Positions 26,556 through 35,216 of a DNA stretch of 64,000 nucleotides are shown here, one piece after another; positions within the stretch are counted from its first letter, which is position 1, and every line of letters begins with the position of its first letter. The DNA lies in assembly GCA_903873255.1 (NCBI GenBank), contig CAIQNR010000040.1, positions 4,492 through 68,491 of the forward strand, in the 5' to 3' direction. The position numbers and the translations under genes are program-made. The stretch is from an uncultured bacterium. GTDB lineage: Bacteria; Babelota; Babeliae; Babelales; CAIQNR01. The notes below the pieces were generated by a model. It made no database searches and was not told the DNA's origin. It worked only from the letters and a program-made list of their open reading frames with translations.

Positions 26556-27193
26556 AGAGACTGCTCCCCTATATGTAAAAATGCTTGAGAAATAATTTCT
26601 TGATAGGTAGATGGTTCCAATTCTGTTGGTATGCCAATTTCTACAACAAGAGCCGGAGCTGTAATGCCAAATAGAGGTTTGCAGGGGCAGCCAATTGGTT
26701 TATGAATTTGTAATTTTGAGCCATATTCTTTGATTAGAATGTCATACAGTTTTTGTGCATATTTTTTTGTATCTTTAAGGTTGTAAAGGTAAGTTTGCCA
26801 TGCAGGGAGCATTGTTAGTTTATGAGATTCTGTATGGGACACTTCATTTTTGTTGTAACTCATAAAGTAAATATACAGTGATGGTTCATGCGATGTTGCA
26901 AAAAATTGTAATGATACATGCAAATTTGGATGCAAGGTATTTGAAAATGTTGCAATTTCTAGCTGGTCTACAGTTTCTCCTGGGCCGCGTGTAACATGGA
27001 CGGTATGAGTATTATCTGCTTCTTGCAGATAGTCGCGGATCGATTCTGCATAGAGTAATGATTTATTATGTTCATACTCATCTTCAATTGATTTGTTGTT
27101 GTGTGAAGGGTCAATAATAAGAGAAAACGAATGAACTAATGGCATGTTGATGCTTAAGAGTGTAAGAACAAAAAATTTTTGAATCATCTGCAT
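26552..27193 (-). CDS. N-acetylmuramoyl-L-alanine amidase-like (Amidase_3 fold), probably degenerate
   Basis: IIDPSHNN (compare DxGHGG), NLHVSLQFFAT (compare SiHaNa, with the His replaced by Gln) and APALVVEIG (compare PavLvE). Has a signal peptide. Confidence 0.5.
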   Translation of the reverse strand: MQMIQKFFVLTLLSINMPLVHSFSLIIDPSHNNKSIEDEYEHNKSLLYAESIRDYLQEADNTHTVHVTRGPGETVDQLEIATFSNTLHPNLHVSLQFFATSHEPSLYIYFMSYNKNEVSHTESHKLTMLPAWQTYLYNLKDTKKYAQKLYDILIKEYGSKLQIHKPIGCPCKPLFGITAPALVVEIGIPTELEPSTYQEIISQAFLHIGEQSL

Positions 27194-29352
27194 TGTAAAT
27201 CGGTTGTTAAATAGGTTGATAGAAAAGTATTACGAGCACTACTCTTGGTATTTTTTATTGCCATTGCCAAAGCTTTGACTTGTCCAATGATTATACAGAT
27301 TTTTTTTGCTCGCGTTACTGCTGTATAGATTAAATTTTTCTGTAAAAGTGTAAAATGTTGCGTAAAAATCGGAATAATTACCGCATCAAATTCTGAACCT
27401 TGGCTTTTATGTATAGAAATTGCATAGGCCAAAATGAGCTCATCTGTTTCTAAAAAATCATAGGTAACATCTTTTTCTGCATAGGTCACCGTGAGCGTTT
27501 TGTCTTCTGTACTAATGGTAGCAATGGTTCCAATGTCGCCATTAAAAACATGTTTATCGTAATTATTTTTAATCTGCATTACACGATCACCTGTTTTAAA
27601 GGTGTAAAAAGTTTTTTGCAGTGTTGCTGTTACGGGATCTGGATTAAGTAAATTTTGTAAAATTTCATTAAGTGTTTGTGTACCTGCAGATCCACGGTTC
27701 ATGGGAGAAAGAACAATACTTTGTTCAGGTGTTATGTGCCATTTTGGCAGAATAGTTTGAAATATTTTTTTCAGATGAATATGAATGTTTTCTGGTTGTT
27801 CTTCACGTATAAAAAAGTAATCCTGAATGGTTTGTGGAACCTTTGATTCTGGAAATTCACCTCGATTAATGCGGTGAGCATTGTAGGTAATTAAGCTGTT
27901 TTCTGCCTGGCGAAATATATAATTAAGCCGTGTTGTAGGAATTTTTTTACTCACAATAAGATCGTATAAAAAATTACCTGCACCAACAGAGGGCAGTTGG
28001 TCAATATCACCAAGAAAGAGTATATGCGCTGTCATAGGGAGTGCTTTAAGTACCGCATTTGCAAGAAAAATATCGATCATCGACGCTTCATCAATAATGA
28101 GCATATCAACCTTGAGTGCATTTTGTTCGTTGTGTACAAAGCCTGTTTGTGGATTAAATTCAAGGAGCCGATGGAGCGTGAGCGCATATTTACCGGTACT
28201 TTCGGTAATTCGTTTTGCTGCACGGCCGGTTGGCGCTGCAAGTTTATAGCTTATTTTTTTCTCATCTAAAATACTTAAAAGCTTTTTAACCAGTGTGGTT
28301 TTTCCTGTTCCAGGACCACCGGTTACAACAGAAACTCTGTTATCAAGAGCTCGTAAAATACCTTCTTGTTGAAGCTCATTGAGTTCAACTTCGTATTCTT
28401 TTTTTGTTTGAAGAAGTGCATATACGTCTTTGGTATCAAATGTTTTGAATGAATAATTGAGAAGGTTGGTAATTTTTTGTGCAACGTTTTTTTCTGTCCA
28501 ATAATATTGGGGCAGTGTGATGTAATGTTTGTCTTCGTGTGTTAAAAGTGCAATCTTTTTTTCTTGGTATAGTTCGTGGAGTGCTGTCGAAAGGGATTCT
28601 TTAATGGTAGGTAGTGCAAGTTCAAGTAGTTCGGAGGCTTCTTTTTTTAGATGATCGAGCTCTATATAGAGATGTCCGTTGCCAGTTTCTTGGGAAATGG
28701 TAAAGAGAATTCCTGCTTTAATCCGTTTGATCGATTCTTGAGAAAAGCCAAGATTTTGTGCAATAGCATCGGCAGTTTTAAACCCAATTCCCCAGACTTC
28801 TTGTGCAATTCGGTAGGGATTTTCTGTCATAATGGCAATGGCCGAACTGCCATATTGTTTATAAATTTTTGCAGCATAGGCAGATGATGCGCCTTTTTCT
28901 TGTAGAAATATCATAACGGTGGCGATCTCTTTTTGTTCTACCCATCCTTTGGTTATTTGTTCAATACGCTTAGGTCCAACTCCCGGAACTTTGGTAAGTT
29001 TTTCTGGATGATGCTCAATGATATCAAGAACTTCAGAGCCAAAAAAGTCGACAAGTTTTTCGGCGTATACTTTGCCAATTCCTTTGATGATTCCAGAACT
29101 TAAGTATTTTTTGAGCCCAATAGTGCTTTTGGGTAGAGAGACGGAAACGCTTGTTGCTTCAAATTGTTTGCCAAATTTTGGGTGCATAACCCATGAACCA
29201 TGAATTTCTGCAGAGCTACCTGGTTGAAGTGCGGGTGCATGACCGCGCACCACAACCATCTGATCTTTACCAAGATTTACTACAAATACTCCAAAACTAT
29301 TCTCATCATTTTTATATAAGAAGCGCTCTACAGTACCTGTAATAACATCCAT
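27184..29352 (-). CDS. recD2: RecD2-like SF1 ATP-dependent DNA helicase
   Basis: N-terminal OB-like ITGTVERFLYKNDENSFGVF, HhH region, Walker A VTGGPGTGKTT, DEASM, and C-terminal AISIHKSQGSEF / TAVTRAK. Confidence 0.85.
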   Translation of the reverse strand: MDVITGTVERFLYKNDENSFGVFVVNLGKDQMVVVRGHAPALQPGSSAEIHGSWVMHPKFGKQFEATSVSVSLPKSTIGLKKYLSSGIIKGIGKVYAEKLVDFFGSEVLDIIEHHPEKLTKVPGVGPKRIEQITKGWVEQKEIATVMIFLQEKGASSAYAAKIYKQYGSSAIAIMTENPYRIAQEVWGIGFKTADAIAQNLGFSQESIKRIKAGILFTISQETGNGHLYIELDHLKKEASELLELALPTIKESLSTALHELYQEKKIALLTHEDKHYITLPQYYWTEKNVAQKITNLLNYSFKTFDTKDVYALLQTKKEYEVELNELQQEGILRALDNRVSVVTGGPGTGKTTLVKKLLSILDEKKISYKLAAPTGRAAKRITESTGKYALTLHRLLEFNPQTGFVHNEQNALKVDMLIIDEASMIDIFLANAVLKALPMTAHILFLGDIDQLPSVGAGNFLYDLIVSKKIPTTRLNYIFRQAENSLITYNAHRINRGEFPESKVPQTIQDYFFIREEQPENIHIHLKKIFQTILPKWHITPEQSIVLSPMNRGSAGTQTLNEILQNLLNPDPVTATLQKTFYTFKTGDRVMQIKNNYDKHVFNGDIGTIATISTEDKTLTVTYAEKDVTYDFLETDELILAYAISIHKSQGSEFDAVIIPIFTQHFTLLQKNLIYTAVTRAKKICIIIGQVKALAMAIKNTKSSARNTFLSTYLTTDLQCR

Positions 29353-29360
29353 AATCTCAA

Positions 29361-30101
29361 CTAACTATTAAGAAAATTATCAAATGCTTGATAGTTTTCT
29401 GGTTTTAAACATTCTTTTTTATAAAGGTCGCATGCTTTTGGAGCGTTACGCATAATATCAGTTAAGAATCGCTTTAGATCATTTAAGAAAAAGAAAAATT
29501 CTTTTGCGTTTGCTCGTTCAAGCGCTGCGAGTTCTTCTATTGTACCAAATTCTTTAAGAATTGAATTGTGGCGATCTGCTCGTTCAATCCATAATGATAT
29601 TAGTTTAGCATTCATACTTTTTAGTGCTGGTTTTTTTGTTTTTTCAAGAAGAGGGCCAGCTTCTCTTTGGAAGATTTCTTTAAGGGCGGCAAGGATGTGA
29701 TTAAATTTGATGTAATCTGGATGATCATGTGCAACATTGTTTTTGATAAGACGATTTTCCATTACAACAATTTGTTTAAGGGTATAAAATTCGCCTTCAA
29801 ATTCAAAAAGACCAACATGCTGTCCTGTTGCATGATTAAGAATGCCGTTAATAAGTTGAATAATTTTTTGTACAGTAGAGAAGCAGTCTGCTATAGATTC
29901 TGCGTCTAAAATGCCAGGAATTCCATCCATTTTTACGATAATGGTGCCTGCAAATGAAACTTTTTTAGGAATTAAATTTACCGGTCCTCGTTCTGTTGCA
30001 ACATCATGTACATCTGTTTGCGTAACATGAGATTGAAGAGAAGAGATTGATGTGCTTAGAAGCATAATAAGAGGTAATTTAGTAATATTTTTTTTCAACA
30101 T
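29361..30101 (-). CDS. hypothetical secreted protein (downstream partner of OMP 30120..31736)
   Basis: Signal peptide MLKKNITKLPLIMLLSTSISSLQS. Starts 18 nt after the OMP stop. No recognisable domain. Confidence 0.6.
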   Translation of the reverse strand: MLKKNITKLPLIMLLSTSISSLQSHVTQTDVHDVATERGPVNLIPKKVSFAGTIIVKMDGIPGILDAESIADCFSTVQKIIQLINGILNHATGQHVGLFEFEGEFYTLKQIVVMENRLIKNNVAHDHPDYIKFNHILAALKEIFQREAGPLLEKTKKPALKSMNAKLISLWIERADRHNSILKEFGTIEELAALERANAKEFFFFLNDLKRFLTDIMRNAPKACDLYKKECLKPENYQAFDNFLNS

Positions 30102-30119
30102 TAAGCCTTTCTTTTTTTA

Positions 30120-31736
30120 TTAAAAAGTTTTTTCAAAGGTAAAACTTAGACCATATGAATCACCAAATCCTGCATTTAACATGGAGACATAACCTTTCCA
30201 ATAAAATGACCAATTTGATGGTGGTAGTGCAACTTTATCTATTCCAATCCATACACTTGATGACCATGCTCGGGTGCGACGTGCTTTATCTTTGTTGATT
30301 CGAGCTAGTTGATAATCTGGTGCTTTGATATTTAAAAAATGTTCTGCTGAATGGAACCAGGAATCAAATCCAATAGAAGGTTCCCATCGTCCAGGTGCCA
30401 TATGGCGTTTCAAACAGCTTGTGCTATGGAATAATACACCAGGAAATACCGTTGCATAGTACATGATTGGGAAGGTTACATTTTTAAATTGCATATTAAG
30501 AAAATCTATTTTTTCGTTAACTTGAATAGCATTATCTTCCCAGTCAAATTGGTTAAAATCTGCTTCTGTTGCTTCTACAAGAAAAAAACGTTTGCAGACA
30601 GAGGGTGTTTTTACTTCAAAATTCATCTTAGAAATCAAACTGATATAATCATTAAAATGAATTGTTGATCGGTAAATTGTACCAAGTGCCCAGTGGTAAT
30701 TATTACCCATATTACGTTCAAGTAGCATGGTAGAAAGTCTGTCTAAAGCGGATAATCCAAAAAGTTCAGCATTTTCTTGAATGGTTGCCGTATTAGCATT
30801 TGATCCGTTTGCTACATCTTCTAAGTAAGGATCGATAAGATCACTATAAAGATCAAGTGCATGGGGCTTTGCATTGAGATTGAAATGATGACCAAATAAA
30901 CCTTTTTTGAATGCAAAGGCTGTAGGGACTGTAAGTGTTGCACCAATTGATTGGGATGAACTGTATGTTTCTCTTAAAAGATATTCTGCTGTTAGAAGTG
31001 TGTCGCCAAGACCTAAACGATCTGATGTAAGATGATGGCGAGCGAAATCTATGATATCGCCGTTGAATTGTGAAAAAAGTGGATAGTTAGAAATTCTCGT
31101 TTGTTCGTCAGCTGTTAAGTAAAAATTGTCGAGTGTGTAATAAATTGGAGTTGAGAAAGTGTAAGCCATTCTGTCTGATGTAGCGATACCTTGGAACATG
31201 AATCCTGCAGTATGTTCTTGCATTTTAAGTGGTGTGAAAAGTTCTAAAACTTCGGGCATGCTAATGGTTGTAAATTCATTTGCATCGAGAACTTCCATCA
31301 CATCTTGTAATTTTAAATTAATATAACTGTCTATTGATGAAGAGGTGTCGGTATAATTTTGTTTCCATATTGTTGAAATAAACGGAGTAACCATGAGTGT
31401 TTTTTGGTCATCATAAGAGAGTGATAAGATTTGTAAAATAGGTAAATCTATAGGGTTTCTTCTGATAGGTGCGTGGGTTCGTTGGTAGAGTTCCGTTTTA
31501 AGGACATTCTGAATATTTAAGCTGGTAAGTGTAGAGAGTGTAACATCTTTGGGAAAGCGAGAGGTGTGATGCGCAAGCTGGGGATTGATTTCTGCGAGAC
31601 AATCGTCAGTTTGATCTTCTCCAAAAAAAGAAAAATCAAAGTCGGAATTTTCTTCTGCTTTGATTTCTGATATGTGAAGCGGTGTTGTTACTAATAAAAA
31701 AGAAAAAACACATAAAAAACGTTTTGTATACTTCAT
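30120..31736 (-). CDS. outer-membrane protein, paralog of 4505..5977
   Basis: Signal peptide MKYTKRFLCVFSFLLVTTPLHISEIKA. C-terminus ...GLSFTFEKTF. Shares LGLGDTLLTAEY / GNNYH blocks with RGLGDIFLQLGY / GNNKH of the other OMP. Confidence 0.55.
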   Translation of the reverse strand: MKYTKRFLCVFSFLLVTTPLHISEIKAEENSDFDFSFFGEDQTDDCLAEINPQLAHHTSRFPKDVTLSTLTSLNIQNVLKTELYQRTHAPIRRNPIDLPILQILSLSYDDQKTLMVTPFISTIWKQNYTDTSSSIDSYINLKLQDVMEVLDANEFTTISMPEVLELFTPLKMQEHTAGFMFQGIATSDRMAYTFSTPIYYTLDNFYLTADEQTRISNYPLFSQFNGDIIDFARHHLTSDRLGLGDTLLTAEYLLRETYSSSQSIGATLTVPTAFAFKKGLFGHHFNLNAKPHALDLYSDLIDPYLEDVANGSNANTATIQENAELFGLSALDRLSTMLLERNMGNNYHWALGTIYRSTIHFNDYISLISKMNFEVKTPSVCKRFFLVEATEADFNQFDWEDNAIQVNEKIDFLNMQFKNVTFPIMYYATVFPGVLFHSTSCLKRHMAPGRWEPSIGFDSWFHSAEHFLNIKAPDYQLARINKDKARRTRAWSSSVWIGIDKVALPPSNWSFYWKGYVSMLNAGFGDSYGLSFTFEKTF

Positions 31737-31918
31737 ATTTTTATTTTCTCGCGTAAGCTTTTGTTACAAGATGATATGTCATGAAGCATGCCTGTAAAAC
31801 ATTATATTTATCACTAAGTAAAGAGGCAGTATATACAAATAAAGCTAAAATGACAAAAGTCAGCCTTGTTAAGGGGAAGTTTCGGAAAAAATTTATAGTA
31901 TGATCATTAGGAGTTGCC

Positions 31919-32656
31919 ATGGTTTCTAAGCATCAAAAAGTTTTTATTCTCGAGGGTAATATTGGAGCTGGTAAATCTACTTTTTTATCCTTAATTAAAG
32001 AATTATTGCCTGTTCAAATAGTGTATGAACCAGTTGAAAAGTGGCAAAATGTTGGCGCAGGAGAAAATGTTCTTGAAAAATTTTATCAAGATACTCAGCG
32101 TTGGGCCTATACATTTCAATCATATGCTTTTATTACTCGTGTTATTGAGCAAAAAGAGTATGCAAAAATTAATCCATGTGATGTTCAAGTGTTAGAAAGA
32201 TCTGTTTATTCTGATCGTTATTGTTTTGCAAAAAACTGTTATGAAATGGGCACAATGACTCCGCTTGAATGGTCTTTATATACACAGTGGTTTGAGTGGC
32301 TTGTTGGTAATTATGTTCCGCGCCCTGATGGATTTATATATTTACAAACAGATCCTAATGTTTGTTATAAGCGCCTTACAAAACGTGCTCGTAGCGAAGA
32401 AGTTGGAGTAAGTTTTGACTATCTTCGTTTCCTCCACGAAAAACACGAAGCATGGTTAATTAACAAGCAAGATATTTTACCAGCATTGCATGATGTGCCA
32501 GTTCTTGTGCTTAATTGCAATGAGGATTTTGAAAATAACCCTGAAGTTATGGCTCGTTTTAGAACTCAAATTATGGATTTTATAACACAACATAATCAGA
32601 AAAATGATCCATCTTTTGTATCAGTGCAAAAGAGTGAGAGAGTTTTTGAAAGATAA
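31919..32656 (+). CDS. deoxynucleoside kinase (dNK/dCK/dGK family)
   Basis: P-loop EGNIGAGKSTF, EPVEKWQN, FQSY, ERSVYSDRYCFA and lid RLTKRARSEE. AGGAG RBS. Confidence 0.85.
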   Translation: MVSKHQKVFILEGNIGAGKSTFLSLIKELLPVQIVYEPVEKWQNVGAGENVLEKFYQDTQRWAYTFQSYAFITRVIEQKEYAKINPCDVQVLERSVYSDRYCFAKNCYEMGTMTPLEWSLYTQWFEWLVGNYVPRPDGFIYLQTDPNVCYKRLTKRARSEEVGVSFDYLRFLHEKHEAWLINKQDILPALHDVPVLVLNCNEDFENNPEVMARFRTQIMDFITQHNQKNDPSFVSVQKSERVFER

Positions 32657-32772
32657 GTTTATAAAATATTAGTTTATAAAAAGATGGATTTTAATCATTA
32701 AAATAATTAAAACTGGGACGCATTGTTAAAGAGTTGAGCTACGAGAAACTTTCTGTAAAAGAGGGGAATCGT

Positions 32773-33408
32773 GTGAAGCATTTTATAAGAATTGTCTTGA
32801 TTATTGTTTTAATTTCTTTTTTTAATTATCCCCTTTATGGCTCTAATTATATTACATCTGGTTTGGACTATGTTACGTCATTGGTAAGTGGGCCAAAAAG
32901 AATGGTGATAATGGAAGGGCCTTCAATATACGATTCTCAAAAAGATTCGTGTGTGCTAGCTGGTGCAAGATCTTTGCAATCTCCTGATTCTTGCGTGCTT
33001 CAAAGAAGGCAGACTCAAGTGCAACAAAACTTTCATAGACCCCGGCGTCCATCTTCATTAAGAAGATCGGAATCGGCATTGGATGATGATTTTAAAAATT
33101 CTTCGGTTTCTGTTTTTCTTGAAAGTCCAATGTTTCAGAAAAATGATCTTATTTCTGTACATGAATTGAGCAAAGAAGAGGCTTTGATATTGGTTTATGC
33201 ATTTATTAAAACTCGTCCTGTGCAATCTTTGCATGAAGTGTCTCGTAATAAAGGTATATGTATTGATGGAAAGCTTTATTCACCATTTATGTTATGGAAA
33301 AAAACCACAGGTGATATGAAGTGGGGGGATGCTTCTTTTAAGATTATTAATCTTTTTTTTAATGCTGCAAAATGTGAGTTTCATGAATGGAGCTTGGAAG
33401 ATTTATAA
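32773..33408 (+). CDS. hypothetical membrane-anchored/secreted protein
   Basis: The track ORF starts at TTG 32734. The GTG at 32773 follows GAGGGG and gives the hydrophobic N-terminus VKHFIRIVLIIVLISFF. No recognisable domain; it is not an ATP synthase a-subunit. Confidence 0.5.
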   Translation: MKHFIRIVLIIVLISFFNYPLYGSNYITSGLDYVTSLVSGPKRMVIMEGPSIYDSQKDSCVLAGARSLQSPDSCVLQRRQTQVQQNFHRPRRPSSLRRSESALDDDFKNSSVSVFLESPMFQKNDLISVHELSKEEALILVYAFIKTRPVQSLHEVSRNKGICIDGKLYSPFMLWKKTTGDMKWGDASFKIINLFFNAAKCEFHEWSLEDL

Positions 33409-33561
33409 TAAAATTATTGGAATTTTTAAGACTAATACCTTTTATAAGATAAATAATTTTAATCTTACTTCAATTCATTCCTTGTAAAAATACAAAAAAT
33501 TGGTTTAAATAGGTAATTATTATGAATACTACTCAATTTTTTTATAGAGACGAGGAACTTT

Positions 33562-33801
33562 ATGGACGTTTTCTATGTTAAAGCAGTTGCATTATTTGGA
33601 GCAGCTTTAGGAATGGGCCTTGGTGCTCTTGGGCCTTCAATAGGTCTTGGTATGGTTGGGCAGAAAGCATGCGAGTCTATTGCAAAGGCGCCAGAACATT
33701 CGAGCAAAATTCGTATGATTATGCTTTTGGCAATGGGGCTTATTGAGGCATGTGCCGTTTATTCATTAATTATTTGTCTTTGGATCCTTGTAAAAGTATA
33801 A
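33562..33801 (+). CDS. atpE: F0F1 ATP synthase subunit c
   Basis: 79-aa two-helix hairpin with Gly-rich helix 1 (GLGALGPSIGLGMVGQ), loop KAPE and the essential carboxylate in GLIEACAVYSL. Confidence 0.9.
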   Translation: MDVFYVKAVALFGAALGMGLGALGPSIGLGMVGQKACESIAKAPEHSSKIRMIMLLAMGLIEACAVYSLIICLWILVKV

Positions 33802-33814
33802 AAGGAATCATTCT

Positions 33815-34180
33815 GTGTTTTCTTTTGATGTAACTCTGATTGTTCAAATGATACATTTTTTTCTTGCCTGGTGGTTTATTGATAGATTTTTATTTAAAAA
33901 ATTGGTCCATGAAATTCATCAGGAAGATTCATTTACAAAAGGGCTTGAAAGAAAATTGCATGATGAAACTGCAATTCTTACTTCGGCAGATCAGCATAAA
34001 AAAGCTGAATGGGCTCAATTTAAAGAGCTGTATAAACAAACAATTCCAGTAAGTAATCCTCCTTATACATCTACGCAAGATATTCATTTTAGAGCGCTTG
34101 TGGATATTTCACCTGAGGAAAAAGAGTTACTGCGTAATGAAATTTCAGCAGAACTTGTAAGGCGGGTTGTCAATGATTAG
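33815..34180 (+). CDS. F0F1 ATP synthase subunit b' (second b-type subunit)
   Basis: GTG start after AAGGA. The N-terminal TM FDVTLIVQMIHFFLAWWFIDRFLFKKL is typical of b subunits, followed by a charged helical tail. Confidence 0.7.
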   Translation: MFSFDVTLIVQMIHFFLAWWFIDRFLFKKLVHEIHQEDSFTKGLERKLHDETAILTSADQHKKAEWAQFKELYKQTIPVSNPPYTSTQDIHFRALVDISPEEKELLRNEISAELVRRVVND

Positions 34181-34667
34181 CGCGGTATTTTCTTATATTT
34201 TTTCATTTCGTTTTATTAATTTAGTATGGATGATAGTTTGTTGCTTTTATGCAGTAAAAAGATGGGTACTTCCTGGGCTTAAAGAGGCAATTCTTGAACA
34301 AAAAAAGAAAATAGCAACTATAAGAACTTCTATTCAAGCAGCTCAAGCAGATCAAAAAGAGATGGTACAAGCTAGAGAAAGTCAGGATCGAATAGGTAAA
34401 GAGCTTTTTACAAAAATTTCATTATGGAATCAATGCGTGCAGGGTAGAAATATGCAAGCAGAACAAGCTCAAAGAACTTATAATCATGCATATAATCATT
34501 ATAGAACAACGCAATATCATGCTGTTGAATTTTTATATGGTAAGCGGGTAGTTCAGCAAGAGGTTTTTGATAAAACATTAGATGATCTTACTGCTTTGTA
34601 TGATGGTCAAAAATTGCAGCATGAGTTTATCCAAAAAGGATTGTTGCAGATGAATGAGGAGAAGTAA
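34167..34667 (+). CDS. atpF: F0F1 ATP synthase subunit b
   Basis: N-terminal TM followed by a long charged helix (LKEAILEQKKKIATIRTSIQAAQADQKE). Sits between b' and delta. Confidence 0.7.
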   Translation: MSMISAVFSYIFSFRFINLVWMIVCCFYAVKRWVLPGLKEAILEQKKKIATIRTSIQAAQADQKEMVQARESQDRIGKELFTKISLWNQCVQGRNMQAEQAQRTYNHAYNHYRTTQYHAVEFLYGKRVVQQEVFDKTLDDLTALYDGQKLQHEFIQKGLLQMNEEK

Positions 34668-35209
34668 TGAATGGTATGTATACAACACTTTCATTGCGAT
34701 ATAGCCAAGCATTTATGAATGTTTTTGGTTCTTCCATAGTTTCTACGGATGTTAATGCCCTTGAAGCATGTGCGCAATTTTTTGCTGAAAAAACCGGCCT
34801 TACTTTTTTTTTAAATATATCACTTATAGCACTTGATAATAAAAAAAGAGTTCTTAACGATATTTGTGAGCGTTATAAACTTTCCGCTCCTTACAATAAA
34901 ATGTGCATGCTTTTGATAACACATCAGCGTGCTATTTTGATACCAATGGTACTTCGTATGATTAAAGATAATTATATGAAGAGTAAGGAGATACATATTT
35001 TCTCGGTGACAAGTTCATGTGAACTTTCAGAGGATCAGCGAAGAGATATAGAAGAGTTTTTACAAAAAAAATTATCTGGTACAATTTCTTGTTCATATGA
35101 GATTGATAAAACGCTTATTGCAGGAGTGCGTGTTACCAACGGAACACTCTTATGGGAACATTCAATTAAAAAGCGTCTAATAAAATTTAAAAATGCATTA
35201 AGGCGTTGA
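34667..35209 (+). CDS. atpH: F0F1 ATP synthase subunit delta (OSCP)
   Basis: 180 aa. C-terminal IAGVRVTNGTLLWEHSIKKRL matches the OSCP signature. Lies upstream of atpA, with a TAATG overlap with atpF. Confidence 0.75.
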   Translation: MNGMYTTLSLRYSQAFMNVFGSSIVSTDVNALEACAQFFAEKTGLTFFLNISLIALDNKKRVLNDICERYKLSAPYNKMCMLLITHQRAILIPMVLRMIKDNYMKSKEIHIFSVTSSCELSEDQRRDIEEFLQKKLSGTISCSYEIDKTLIAGVRVTNGTLLWEHSIKKRLIKFKNALRR

Positions 35210-35216
35210 GGCTGTT

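Noticed and set aside
32773-33408. The ORF immediately upstream of atpE. Considered as ATP synthase subunit a.
   Set aside because: It has only one N-terminal hydrophobic segment and a charged Ser/Arg-rich body. It lacks the 5-6 TM helices and the conserved Arg-containing helix of subunit a.
33521-33580. 19-codon ORF (MNTTQFFYRDEELYGRFLC) just upstream of and overlapping the atpE start. Considered as an AtpI/AtpZ-like or leader peptide.
   Set aside because: It is too short, not hydrophobic, and has no RBS, so it is most likely chance.
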